Assembly: GCA_965198175.1 (NCBI GenBank) | Contig: OZ240245.1 | Coordinates: 4,320,001 to 4,384,000, forward strand | Source of the DNA: Candidatus Poribacteria bacterium | GTDB taxonomy: Bacteria; Poribacteria; WGA-4E; PCPOR2b | Direction of reading: 5' to 3' | Length of the DNA stretch: 64,000 nt | Shown: one piece after another, positions 32,531-42,317 of the stretch | Numbering within the stretch: the first letter of the stretch is position 1 | Layout: the number at the start of each line of letters is the position of its first letter | Notes under the pieces: generated by a model | The model's database searches: none | Seen by the model: the letters and a program-made list of their open reading frames with translations, nothing else | What the model was told of the DNA's origin: nothing | Position numbers and translations under genes: made by a program

Positions 32531-33523
32531 TTATCTCTGAGACAGTGCATGTCCGGACCTCTTGAGCCAGCCCCAGGTCAAAGGGCGCTTGTTGGCAGGT
32601 GAAACGGGAAACCGCTGGGCAAAGGCGGGGTCGAACCAGTCTGCAGAACGGTTCCAGTTGGCTTCATCCGTCAGTTTTTCAGGCTCACCTTTTCCGTTTG
32701 CATCCATCACCCAAATGTCAACTTTTCCACCTCGAGCACTCGTAAAGACAATCTTTTCGCCATCTGGGGACCACGCAGGCTCTGTGTCTGGTTGAGGCAC
32801 ATTTGTGAGCCGTTTGAGGTTCTTCCCATCTGCGCCTATCACAAAGATGTCATCGCCCTCTGCCCGGTCAGAGACAAAGGCAATCTTTTGACTGTCTGGC
32901 GACCAGTCTGGTTGGATGTCTTCGGCGTCATGGTTGGTGAGGTTCTGTGCATCCGCCCCGTCGGCATTCATCACATAGATTTCCGCATTCCCGTCCCGGG
33001 AGGTGTAAAAGGCAATCTTTCGACCGTCTGGCGACCATGACGGGTCGAAGTCTGCGTCCGGGTGGTTGGTGATGTTCTGCTTGATTTCCCCATTCGCGTT
33101 CATCACGTAGATTTCCAAGTTCCCATCCCTCTTGGAGGCGAATGCGATCTCTTGACCGTTAGGATGCCACGTGGGCCACCTGTCGTTCTTGGGATGCTCT
33201 GTCAGCTTGGTGAGATTCTCGCCATCGGCATCGACCACAAAGATCTCATCGTTGTTCGGCTCCACTCCGCTATAGTAGGCAATCTTTCGACCATCTGGCG
33301 ACCATGTCATACCCGAGGCTCCCCCCTTAACGTTTGGTACCGCGCGCGGATTCTCGCCGTCGGCATCCATTAACCAAAGATTCCCTGCGGGTGGACGAGG
33401 TGTAGCGAAGGCAATTGTCCCTTTTTGGGGGGCTTGCGCCCAAACGCTCATAAATATCACAACGCCGTTCAACAGGACGACGCCACTTAGCATGAGAAGC
33501 GCAAGTGTCCATCTGTAATACAT
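32531..33523 (-). CDS. Secreted TolB-like PD40 beta-propeller protein (paralogue of 31416..32396)
   Basis: Same repeats; tail VSPANKRPLTWGWLK. Confidence 0.88.
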   Translation of the reverse strand: MYYRWTLALLMLSGVVLLNGVVIFMSVWAQAPQKGTIAFATPRPPAGNLWLMDADGENPRAVPNVKGGASGMTWSPDGRKIAYYSGVEPNNDEIFVVDADGENLTKLTEHPKNDRWPTWHPNGQEIAFASKRDGNLEIYVMNANGEIKQNITNHPDADFDPSWSPDGRKIAFYTSRDGNAEIYVMNADGADAQNLTNHDAEDIQPDWSPDSQKIAFVSDRAEGDDIFVIGADGKNLKRLTNVPQPDTEPAWSPDGEKIVFTSARGGKVDIWVMDANGKGEPEKLTDEANWNRSADWFDPAFAQRFPVSPANKRPLTWGWLKRSGHALSQR

Positions 33524-33664
33524 CCTCAAGCTCCAAGTAACCGTATAAGCGGTTTTCCAGTTGTCTCCTTTGCGATCTGATTAAATGCCTTGGAAACCTA
33601 GGCATGAGGCACAAGAATGTAGGTCAAACTTAAGCCCCAAACGTGGTGACAAACCTTATCACTA

Positions 33665-33687
33665 CCTTCTCCCATCAAGGGAGAGGG
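33665..33687. repeat. Short palindrome (REP- or terminator-like)
   Basis: CCTTCTCCC-ATCAA-GGGAGAGGG, downstream of the 33733 LamG gene. Confidence 0.45.
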
Positions 33688-33732
33688 AGAACACACAGAA
33701 ATTGAATGGGATGCTATTACCTTTCTTCCTTA

Positions 33733-34533
33733 TCAGTCTTGTGCTTTAATTCGACTCCAAGTAGTAGCCAGTTTACCCAACGGCGACACTGCGGCACCGA
33801 AGATAGCACCCTCCAATCCTTCGTCCATTATGCGCTTAATGTCCTCATCGCCCAGTGCGACATTAAACACCGCAACTTCGTCGATGGCGCCGGCATAGGA
33901 TAAGCCTTTTCTGCCGGCAATGCTCCATGTTTGGTCAGAAGCCCGAAAAGCAGGCTTTGCCGTCGGCTCATCCTCCCTTATTGTGAATAGTTCACCATCA
34001 CGCAGAATTTTAAGAAAGTTCTGTTTAGCACTGCCGACAAAAGCCCAGTGTGTCCATTTTCCCACGGCTTCCTGGGGCAAAGGGGCCCAAGCCGCGTGTT
34101 GATCAGTACCGTGTTGCCAGATAACGGTGTTATCCCAGGGCAAGTGAATCGTAATGCGATTGTCGCCAACGAGCGGATCAAAGGTGAACATGTCCTGGTT
34201 TCTAGCCTCCGGAAGGTGTCCCCATGTAACGATTGTCACCTCAGTCGTGGGGCCTACCAGTCCCAATCCGGGAACCTCGACAACTTCACCCTGACCGTTG
34301 AACTCCAGAGCCTTGCCGAAGTTGCTATCCACCCATTTGGGCTTGCCCACAATAATTCCATCGTGGCCATTACCCGAGATATCTTCCAGCACCTCACCTT
34401 CGCCCTCATCAAAGAGCCAGGCGCCAACAACGTTCTCGGGGTCAATGGCGACATAACCAGGTAGCGTGACAATCAGCCCAACAATCACGGACGCCACGCA
34501 CGCAAAAGGGTATTTTGCTGCCATACTAGGCAC
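33733..34533 (-). CDS. Secreted LamG/concanavalin A-like domain protein (copy 1)
   Basis: Signal peptide; W.FDEG.G...D.SGNGHDG...WVD..FGKALEF; IDEVAVFN.AL; tail AVSPLGKLATTWSRIK. Confidence 0.88.
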   Translation of the reverse strand: MPSMAAKYPFACVASVIVGLIVTLPGYVAIDPENVVGAWLFDEGEGEVLEDISGNGHDGIIVGKPKWVDSNFGKALEFNGQGEVVEVPGLGLVGPTTEVTIVTWGHLPEARNQDMFTFDPLVGDNRITIHLPWDNTVIWQHGTDQHAAWAPLPQEAVGKWTHWAFVGSAKQNFLKILRDGELFTIREDEPTAKPAFRASDQTWSIAGRKGLSYAGAIDEVAVFNVALGDEDIKRIMDEGLEGAIFGAAVSPLGKLATTWSRIKAQD

Positions 34534-34566
34534 TTCTCTTGCCTTTACTTTCGTGATGTACTAAGT

Positions 34567-35367
34567 TTAGTCTCGCCCTTTAATTCGGCTCCAAGTAGTG
34601 GTCAACTTGCCTAATGGGGAGACCGCTTCAGCCAAGGCGGTCTGCTCCAGTCCCTTGTCCATAATGCTCCGAATATCGTCGTCGATAAGGGCTTCCTTGA
34701 AAACCCCAAGTTCGTCGATGACTCCTGTGTAGGATGAACCCCTTCGACCGGCGATATTCCAGTTTTGTTCAGAAGTTCTGAAAGCAGGCTTATTCTCGGG
34801 CGCATCCTCCCTTAAGTCAAACTCCTCCATATTTCGGAGGACTCTCATGTAATTCCCTTTGGTACTTCCGAGGAAAGCCCAGAATTCCCAATTTCCTAAC
34901 GTATCCTCTGGCATGGCGGCCCCGGCACCGTGTTGGTCGGTACCATGTTGCCAGACAATGCGGTTACCCCAGGGAAAGTGGATGGTGATACGGTTGTCAC
35001 CGACAAGCGGGTCAAAACTGAGAATATCGCAGTTGATAGTATCCCCAAGTTCTGTCCAAAAGGTAATCGTTGCTTCTTTCGTGGGAGCGACGAGGCCAAA
35101 CTTGGGAATTTGTACGACATCGCCCAGGCTTCTGAAATCCAGACCTGTGCCAAATTTCCCATTGACCCACCTGGGTTTGCCCAAAAAGGACCCGTCATTG
35201 CCATTACCCGAGACATCTTTGACATCCTCGCCTCGCCCTTCTTCGAAGGTCCAGATTCCGACAATGGACTCGGGGGCAATGACAGCATGACCAGACCCTG
35301 CGAGGATGAGCCCAACGATCACAAACCCCACGCACGCAAAAGTAACCCTTGCTGCCGTACTAGACAT
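34567..35367 (-). CDS. Secreted LamG domain protein (copy 2)
   Basis: Same motifs and tail; 266 aa. Confidence 0.88.
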   Translation of the reverse strand: MSSTAARVTFACVGFVIVGLILAGSGHAVIAPESIVGIWTFEEGRGEDVKDVSGNGNDGSFLGKPRWVNGKFGTGLDFRSLGDVVQIPKFGLVAPTKEATITFWTELGDTINCDILSFDPLVGDNRITIHFPWGNRIVWQHGTDQHGAGAAMPEDTLGNWEFWAFLGSTKGNYMRVLRNMEEFDLREDAPENKPAFRTSEQNWNIAGRRGSSYTGVIDELGVFKEALIDDDIRSIMDKGLEQTALAEAVSPLGKLTTTWSRIKGRD

Positions 35368-35401
35368 CTCTCTTGCCTCTACTTTCGTGATGTACCGAGT
35401 A

Positions 35402-36202
35402 TTAGTCTCGTCCTTTGATTCGGCTCCAAGTAGTGGTCAACTTACCTAGTGGGGACACCGCTTCAGCCAACGCGGTTTGCTCCAACCCCTTGTCCATAAT
35501 GCTCCGAACATCGTCGTTGCTAAGGGCTGACTTGAAAACGCCAAGCTCGTCGATAATCCCTGTATAAGACGAACCTCTTCGTCCGGCGATATTCCAGTTC
35601 TGCGGAGAGGTTCTAAAGGCAGGCTTTGCCGTAGGTTCGTCCTCCTTCATGGCGACTTCCTCGCCATTTCGAAGAATCTTCATGTAGGCGCCCTTGGTAC
35701 TTCCGACAAAAGCCCAGTGTTCCCAATTATCTAAAGTCTCCTCTGGCAACCGGATTCCTACATTGTGTTGGTCAGTACCGTGCTGCCAGAGAACGCCGTT
35801 TCCCCATGGAAAGTGGATTGTAAAGCGATTGTCTCCGGCGAGCGGATCGAAGCTGACGATATCGCAGTTAATGGTATCCCCAAGCTTTGTCCATACTGTA
35901 AGCGTTGCTTCTTTGGTAGGGGCAACGTTGCCAAACTCGGCGATTTGTACAACATCGCCGAGGCTAGCGAAATCCAACGCCGTGCCAAATTGCCCGTCAA
36001 CCCATTTGGGTTTGCCCAAAAAGAACCCGTCATTGCCATTTCCTGAGAAATCTTTGACATCCTCGCCTCTCCCTTCTTCAAAGGTCCAGATTGCGATAAT
36101 GGACTCAGGATCAATGGCAGCATGACCCAACCCTGCGAGGATGGACCAAAGAACCACGAGACTCACACAAACAACAGTAAACCTTGCTGCCGTACTAGAC
36201 AT
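35402..36202 (-). CDS. Secreted LamG domain protein (copy 3)
   Basis: Same motifs and tail; 266 aa. Confidence 0.88.
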   Translation of the reverse strand: MSSTAARFTVVCVSLVVLWSILAGLGHAAIDPESIIAIWTFEEGRGEDVKDFSGNGNDGFFLGKPKWVDGQFGTALDFASLGDVVQIAEFGNVAPTKEATLTVWTKLGDTINCDIVSFDPLAGDNRFTIHFPWGNGVLWQHGTDQHNVGIRLPEETLDNWEHWAFVGSTKGAYMKILRNGEEVAMKEDEPTAKPAFRTSPQNWNIAGRRGSSYTGIIDELGVFKSALSNDDVRSIMDKGLEQTALAEAVSPLGKLTTTWSRIKGRD

Positions 36203-36248
36203 TTTTCTTGCCTTTCTTTTATGTGAATGTGATGGTGTGTGAACGTCC

Positions 36249-37043
36249 TTAGCTTCGCGCTTTGATGCGACCCCAGAGCGCCGCCATTTTGCCTGCGGGG
36301 GAGACTGCGAATGCAGCTCCCTCCAATCCTTTCTCCATGATGCGTGTCAGGTCCTCATCGCCGAGAGGGGTGTTGAACACCCCGACTTCGTCAATGATGG
36401 CTTCAACCGACGAGCCTCTTCGACCGCCGATGTTCCACGTTTGTGGAGACGTCTTGAAAGCGGGTTTTGCCTCAGGCGCATCTTCCCTTAGGCAGACTTC
36501 TTCCATATTGCGGAAGATTCGTAGATAGTTGCCTTTCGTGCTCCCCACAAAAGCCCAGAACTCCCAATCTCCTTTGAACTCATCGTTCCAACGAATCACG
36601 CAATTGTGTTGGTCGGTACCATGTTGCCAGACGATATCCTGATTCCAGGGCCAATGGATAGTGATGCGATTGACTCCAATCATTGGGTCAAAACTCAAGA
36701 GATCCTGGTTCTTGACCCCATTCACGAGTACCCATATGGTAATCGTTACTTCTTTCGTGGGCGCGACGTTGCCAAGCTGATCAATCTGGACGACATTGCC
36801 CTGGCCATCCAGACTCAAAGCCATGCCAAATTTCCCGTTGACCCACCTGGGTTTACCTAAAACGACCCCGTCATTGCCATTACCTGAGACATCTTTGACA
36901 TCCTCGCCTCTCCCTTCTTCGAAGGTCCAGATTGCGATAATGGACTCAGGATCAATGGCAGCATGACCCGACCCTGCGAGGATGGACCAAAGAACCGCGA
37001 GACTCACACAAACAACAGTAATCCTTGCCACAATACTAGACAT
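36249..37043 (-). CDS. Secreted LamG domain protein (copy 4)
   Basis: Same motifs; start at MSSIVAR by alignment with paralogues. Confidence 0.88.
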   Translation of the reverse strand: MSSIVARITVVCVSLAVLWSILAGSGHAAIDPESIIAIWTFEEGRGEDVKDVSGNGNDGVVLGKPRWVNGKFGMALSLDGQGNVVQIDQLGNVAPTKEVTITIWVLVNGVKNQDLLSFDPMIGVNRITIHWPWNQDIVWQHGTDQHNCVIRWNDEFKGDWEFWAFVGSTKGNYLRIFRNMEEVCLREDAPEAKPAFKTSPQTWNIGGRRGSSVEAIIDEVGVFNTPLGDEDLTRIMEKGLEGAAFAVSPAGKMAALWGRIKARS

Positions 37044-37171
37044 TATCCTCGCCTTCCTCATGCATATAGTTTGTAAATGTTTACGGAGATGCCTTCTCTA
37101 CTTTGAAGGTTCTTTCGGAACAGCAGTATTAAACACCCTCTCTACCCAGCTTCTAAGCGTGTTGATGTGGT

Positions 37172-37233
37172 CAAAACGGAAAAAGCCGGACCACGCACAT
37201 TCCTTCTACGTAGGACCGACTTTTTCGATTTGA
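37172..37233 (-). terminator. Imperfect stem-loop downstream of LamG copy 5
   Basis: Minus strand GTCAAATCGAAAAAGTCGGTCC ... GGTCCGGCTTTTTCCGTTTTGAC. Coordinates approximate. Confidence 0.4.
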
Positions 37234-37253
37234 CATCCTTCAGCGAGTTGACC

Positions 37254-38111
37254 TTACTCGTTTTTGATTTCAGCCCATGTGATAGCGAGCTTATCCTTCG
37301 CCTCAACTGCTGTCGCCGGCCACTCGAAGTTCATGAGTTCGTTAAGCTCATCATGCGAAATCGCGCGGTCGTAAATTACGACCTCATCAACAATGGCGTC
37401 AAGATACCTGAAATCATTCTCACCGCCCCAGCCTTTACCCACACCGATTTGGAGGGGTTTATCCGGATAAAGCATGTAGGGCGCGGTCATCGGTTTGGGA
37501 TCGGTGCTTCGGAACGGAGCTGCATCAAAACTTTCTGTTGTAAGAACCGGTTCCCCATTTAGGTAGGCGTTAAAGGTCTCCCCGTTCGCGATTTCCGCGA
37601 CGTGGATCCATTCGCCGGTTTGGTACACGCGTGCGGAATGGAACCATCCCTCCGCTGTGATTGCCCCCGGCTCTTTCTCGTTATTTACAGAACCCTTGAC
37701 ATTGTTGGCGCCCCACGTTAGATCGGTATTGCTGTTGGTGCACAAGCGAAACATGAAGAATGGACCGCCGCCGAGTTGATCGCCTTTCCAGACTATCGGC
37801 CACGCATCTCCACCTTGCCGGATGAACGCCCATGCGGCAACGCTCCAAGCGTTTTCCATCGGATCCATTGAGGGTCCGTGCGGAATATCAATAGAGGCAT
37901 CTGCCCCATTGAGGTCCACGCCCAATTGCATCCTCCCATCAACGAATTGCACGCCGCCGTTCACAATACCGTCGTTTCGACCATACAAGTCATTTGCGGT
38001 TCCATCATTAAAATTCCAGACGGAAATGACACCATCCATCACATCTGCCGACGCGAGGCTTGCGATTGCACACAAGCCCAAGACCACAATGATGTGGGTA
38101 CTACGAAACAT
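37254..38111 (-). CDS. Secreted LamG domain protein, divergent subfamily (copy 5)
   Basis: AAGGAGG RBS; WNFNDG.A.D..G.NDG; VDEVVIYDRA; tail AVEAKDKLAITWAEIK. Confidence 0.85.
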   Translation of the reverse strand: MFRSTHIIVVLGLCAIASLASADVMDGVISVWNFNDGTANDLYGRNDGIVNGGVQFVDGRMQLGVDLNGADASIDIPHGPSMDPMENAWSVAAWAFIRQGGDAWPIVWKGDQLGGGPFFMFRLCTNSNTDLTWGANNVKGSVNNEKEPGAITAEGWFHSARVYQTGEWIHVAEIANGETFNAYLNGEPVLTTESFDAAPFRSTDPKPMTAPYMLYPDKPLQIGVGKGWGGENDFRYLDAIVDEVVIYDRAISHDELNELMNFEWPATAVEAKDKLAITWAEIKNE

Positions 38112-38534
38112 GGTAACCTCCTTAGAAAATGTGAATTTCTGATCTGTGGCGTTTGAGTAAGTACGCTCCCCAATCGGAGATTTCGCCACACTCAACTCCA
38201 AGTGCTTCTGCACGAATCGTGATGATTACAAAAACCTTAGAGCCTGAAGTTCAAGTAAAACCTTTAAGTCGACTCTAGTAAACTAAATCTTACGCATTCC
38301 AGTCGGCATCGTTTGTAAAATCTCACATCGCTTATCTCCATATACCAGAGGCTAGAGATGCGAACCGACTTGAACTCTTATGCCCAATTTTGAGATTGGG
38401 ACAGACTTTTTCAGTCACCTCCTTACGACGTTGTTGCAGGTGTTTACAACCTCTATTGCATTTTGGTTGCGTTATACCTGCGCTGCAACGCAACCATAAA
38501 GTGCGCAACTACATCAACGCTTGGGTAACAGGAA

Positions 38535-39326
38535 TTAGTCTTTTTCCTTAATCTTGCCCCAAGTGGTGGTCAATTTTTCCGACGGGTGGACCGCAAAGGC
38601 GGTTTTTTCCAAACCATTCTCCATAATCTCTGTCAGATCCTCGTCGCTGAGAGCTGCATTGAACACCCCAACTTCGTCGATGATTCCCGTGTACGATGAC
38701 CCCTGTCGACCACCGATGCTCCAAGTTTGTTCAGAAGCAACAAAAGCGGGCTTCGCCGTAGCAGTATCCTCCCTTAAATCAAACTCTTCCATATTTCGCA
38801 GGATTCTCAGGTAGTTCGCTTTGGTACTCCCGACGAATACCCAAAATTCCCAGTTGTCCAGAGTTTCCGCCGGTATTCCGCCTCCCGCGAAGTGCTGATC
38901 TGTCCCGTGTTGCCAGACAACGCCGTTACCCCAAGGAAAGTGGATGGTGATGCGGTTCGCTCCATCAAGCGGGTCAAAACTTAGAATATCGCAATTGATT
39001 GTATCCCCAAGTTCTGTCCAAAACGTAATGGTTACCTCTTTTCCAGGAGCAACAAGGCCAAACTCGGGAATCTGTACAACATCTCCCAAGCTCCTGAAGT
39101 CCAGAGCAGTGCCAAATTGTCCGTCAACCCATTTGGGATTTCCCAAAAACATCCCGTCATTGCCATTACCTGAGATATCTTTGACCTCCTCTCCTGCTCC
39201 TTCTTCAAAGGTCCAAATTCCAACAATGGCCCCTGGATCAATCGCCGCGTACGAGCTTTGCAGGAGGAATCCAAGAACAACAATAGCTGCACACCCGATC
39301 AGAATGTTTTTTGTAGAATTGGACAT
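38535..39326 (-). CDS. Secreted LamG domain protein (copy 6)
   Basis: 263 aa from MSNSTKN; tail AVHPSEKLTTTWGKIK. Confidence 0.88.
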   Translation of the reverse strand: MSNSTKNILIGCAAIVVLGFLLQSSYAAIDPGAIVGIWTFEEGAGEEVKDISGNGNDGMFLGNPKWVDGQFGTALDFRSLGDVVQIPEFGLVAPGKEVTITFWTELGDTINCDILSFDPLDGANRITIHFPWGNGVVWQHGTDQHFAGGGIPAETLDNWEFWVFVGSTKANYLRILRNMEEFDLREDTATAKPAFVASEQTWSIGGRQGSSYTGIIDEVGVFNAALSDEDLTEIMENGLEKTAFAVHPSEKLTTTWGKIKEKD

Positions 39327-39474
39327 CTCATTACCTTCCTTTCTTTTTGATGGATCGCAAAAAATTGTACGACCCATTGTACAAGTGAAGTTATGCTCCA
39401 ATATGGGAGCGTTATACCCGCGCTGTAACGCAACCATAAAGTGCGCAACTACATCAACGCTTGGGTAACAGGAA

Positions 39475-40266
39475 TTAGTCTTTTTCCTTAATCTTGCCCC
39501 AAGTGGTGGTCAATTTCTCCGATGGGTGGACCGCAAAGGCGGTTTTTTCCAAACCATTCTCCATAATCTCTGTCAGATCCTCGTCGCTGAGAGCTGCATT
39601 GAACACCCCAACTTCGTCGATGATTCCCGTGTACGATGACCCCTGTCGACCACCGATGCTCCAGGTTTGTTCAGAAGCAACAAAAGCGGGCTTCGCCGTA
39701 GCAGTATCCTCCCTTAAATCAAACTCTTCCATATTTCGCAGGATTCTCAGGTAGTTCGCTTTGGTACTCCCGACGAAAGCCCAAAATTCCCAGTTACCTA
39801 GCGTCTCCTTCGGCAGTCCACCTGCCGCCACGTGCTGATCTGTCCCGTGTTGCCAGACAACGCCGTTACCCCAAGGAAAGTGGATGGTGATGCGGTTCGC
39901 TCCATCAAGCGGGTCAAAACTTAGAATATCGCAATTGATTGTATCCCCAAGTTCTGTCCAAAACGTAATGGTTACCTCTTTTCCAGGAGCAACAAGGCCA
40001 AACTCGGGAATCTGTACAACATCTCCCAAGCTCCTGAAGTCCAGAGCAGTGCCAAATTGTCCGTCAACCCATTTGGGATTTCCCAAAAACATCCCGTCAT
40101 TGCCATTACCTGAGATATCTTTGACCTCCTCTCCTGCTCCTTCTTCAAAGGTCCAAATTCCAACAATGGCCCCTGGATCAATGGCTGCATACGAGCCTGC
40201 CAGAATCAACCCAAGGACGATGAAACTTGCACACGCGACCACAATTATTCTTGTAGTGCTGGACAT
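39475..40266 (-). CDS. Secreted LamG domain protein (copy 7)
   Basis: 263 aa from MSSTTRI; mature domain nearly identical to copy 6. Confidence 0.88.
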   Translation of the reverse strand: MSSTTRIIVVACASFIVLGLILAGSYAAIDPGAIVGIWTFEEGAGEEVKDISGNGNDGMFLGNPKWVDGQFGTALDFRSLGDVVQIPEFGLVAPGKEVTITFWTELGDTINCDILSFDPLDGANRITIHFPWGNGVVWQHGTDQHVAAGGLPKETLGNWEFWAFVGSTKANYLRILRNMEEFDLREDTATAKPAFVASEQTWSIGGRQGSSYTGIIDEVGVFNAALSDEDLTEIMENGLEKTAFAVHPSEKLTTTWGKIKEKD

Positions 40267-40414
40267 CGCTATTACCTCCCTCTCTTTTTGCTGAATCGTA
40301 AAAATTGCACGACCCGTTGTAAAAGAAAAGTTATGCTCCAATATGGGAGCTTATACCCGCAGTGTAGTGCAACCATAAAGTGCACACCTACATCAACGCT
40401 TGGATAATAGGACA

Positions 40415-41206
40415 TTAGTCTTTTGTCTTGATCTTGCCCCAAGTGGTGGTCAATTTCTGCGACGGGTGGACCGCAAAGGCGGTTTCTTCCAGACCATTCT
40501 CCATAATCTCTGTCAAATCCTCGTCGCTGAGAGCTGCGTTGAACACCCCAACTTCGTCAATGATTCCCGTGTACGATGACCCCTGTCGACCACCGATGCT
40601 CCAGGTTTGTTGAGAAGCGACAAAAGCGGGCTTCGCCGTAGCTGTATCCTCCCTTAAATCAAACTGTTCCATATTTCGCAGGATTCTCAGGTAGTTCCCT
40701 CTGGTACTCCCGATGAAAGCCCAAAACTCCCAGTTATCCAGCGTATCCTTCGGGATTCCGCCTCCCGCAAAGTGCTGGTCGGTACCGTGTTGCCAGACAA
40801 CACCGTTACCCCAGGGAAAGTGGATGGTGATACGGTTCGCTCCATCAAGCGGGTCAAAACTGAGAATATCACAATTGATCGTATCCCCAAGTTCTGTCCA
40901 AAAGGTAATTGTTGCTTCTTTCGTAGGGGCGACAAGACCAAATTCGGGGATGTGCACCACATCACCCAAGCTCTTGAAGTCGAGAGCAGTGCCAAATTTT
41001 CCGTCAACCCATTTGGGATTACCCAAGAACATCCCGTCATTACCATTACCCGAGATATCCTTGAGCTCCTCACCCTCACCTTCTTCAAAGGTCCAAACGC
41101 CAACAATGGATTCTGGATCAATCGCCGCGTACGGGCTTTCCAGAATGAATCCAAGTACAATCAAAGCTGCACACCCAATCACAATTTTTTTTGTAGTACT
41201 GGACAT
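40415..41206 (-). CDS. Secreted LamG domain protein (copy 8)
   Basis: 263 aa from MSSTTKK. Confidence 0.88.
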   Translation of the reverse strand: MSSTTKKIVIGCAALIVLGFILESPYAAIDPESIVGVWTFEEGEGEELKDISGNGNDGMFLGNPKWVDGKFGTALDFKSLGDVVHIPEFGLVAPTKEATITFWTELGDTINCDILSFDPLDGANRITIHFPWGNGVVWQHGTDQHFAGGGIPKDTLDNWEFWAFIGSTRGNYLRILRNMEQFDLREDTATAKPAFVASQQTWSIGGRQGSSYTGIIDEVGVFNAALSDEDLTEIMENGLEETAFAVHPSQKLTTTWGKIKTKD

Positions 41207-41689
41207 CTCATTACCTTCCTTTCTTTTTGATGGATCGCAAAAAATTGTACGACCCATTGTACAAGTAAATCATCCTCTAATCAGCGCACGTCGCAAATTT
41301 ATCCACGCGCTATCTGACTGGCGCGCTGTTGAAAAACACTGTTACGATTTCACGCTGTTTCGGAAGGATATTCAGTCTGACACTATTATATCAAAAAAAT
41401 ATATTCCTTTCAACCCCAAAAATCCCTCATATCAACAAAAATATCAGCCCGATGTGACATACCGGCGGTAGTTTGCTACCTACCAAGAATTGGGGTATTT
41501 TGCGTATTTTTCTGTGTTCTGCCGATGTCGCCAATGGGTGTATGATATGTAATTCCATCCCAAGAGGTTCATCTGCATACCCTAGGCGGCAACTTGGGGT
41601 TAGAACACTATAGTCACTGCGATTTAGAATTACACATCACCATTCAATCTAATCAAAAAGGGGTGGGCAACCCCCAAAACTGGTGAAGA

Positions 41690-41763
41690 CTATAGGAAAA
41701 CTATCGCACTCCTTATCCAGTCGCTTGAACTATTTTGTCGGCTGATCGCTCAACCCAACCTAC
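41690..41763 (-). repeat. GTAG-REP/MITE-like element, minus strand, partial
   Basis: Minus strand reads GTAGGTTGGGTTGAGCGATCAGCCGACAAAATAGTTCAAGCGACTGGATAAGGAG, matching the 4052 and 7341 elements. Confidence 0.75.
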
Positions 41764-41954
41764 AGGAGCTAGCGACGTTGGAAATCGTTGACGGCGTTCG
41801 CGCCGAAATCCTCGCACTATACCAACTAGAGCGCTTCAGTTTGCAGAATTGCGAAGTCTTCACAAATTGAGCATGAGGTTCGCATGCATTGGCGAAGATA
41901 ACGGTACAGCTTTATTCGACTACTTCATGGCGTGGATGACATTGTTGGGGCAGA

Positions 41955-41989
41955 AAAATTACAGTTTTTACAGTCTATAAAAAAAGGGG
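41955..41989 (+). repeat. Left arm of a 34-bp long-range inverted repeat
   Basis: AAAATTACAGTTTTTACAGTCTATAAAAAAAGGGG; reverse complement (one A shorter) at 48280-48313. Confidence 0.85.
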
Positions 41990-42008
41990 CGAATCGGAGC
42001 GAGCTTTT

Positions 42009-42135
42009 GTAGGTTGGGTTGAGCCAGCGGCGAAACCCAACGATCAACTGAGCGAATAGCGAAGGCGATAGTCTTCACCGACACCAAAACTGTCGTGCTC
42101 CCTGTTTGGTCGGTTGATCGCTCAACCCAACCTAC
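42009..42135 (+). repeat. Complete GTAG-REP element (127 bp)
   Basis: GTAG-GTTGGGTT-GAGCCAGCGGCGA-AACCCAAC hairpin; closing terminus CTCAACCCAACCTAC. Confidence 0.8.
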
Positions 42136-42317
42136 AGTCGAGTGAACCAGCGGTTTTTGGCAAACGGGACGTTTTTGCATGGAAGTCGTCCTGAGTTTCT
42201 GATAAAATAACGCAAGTTAACTGCTTGTTCGTAGCGCGAGAGGTGTATTGCAAGGTCGACGAAACCAACGCGAAGTCCCTATGGGGCGAAAAGCGTATAA
42301 CAAGAGCGGACGCTCCG

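Larger units (their letters stand above)
38465..41266. repeat. Three tandem 940-bp units (LamG gene plus spacer)
   Basis: Stop codons at 38535, 39475 and 40415, exactly 940 bp apart; spacer motif GCAACCATAAAGTGC...TACATCAACGCTTGG repeated three times. Confidence 0.95.

Noticed and set aside
38838..39831. Diversity-generating retroelement as the source of LamG loop variation
   Set aside because: Differences are not adenine-specific (e.g. TTC/GTG, GGA/GCA, GGC/GGT), the variable segment is internal rather than C-terminal, and no reverse transcriptase or non-coding template repeat is in the window.
33733..41206. Integron cassette array
   Set aside because: The genes are paralogues, the spacers lack a recognisable RYYYAAC...GTTRRRY attC structure, and no integrase is present.
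34859..41471. Long plus-strand ORFs antisense to the LamG genes (e.g. 40713..41471, 38944..39468)
   Set aside because: They are shadow ORFs that recur only because the sense genes are duplicated; Ser/Pro-rich with no motifs.
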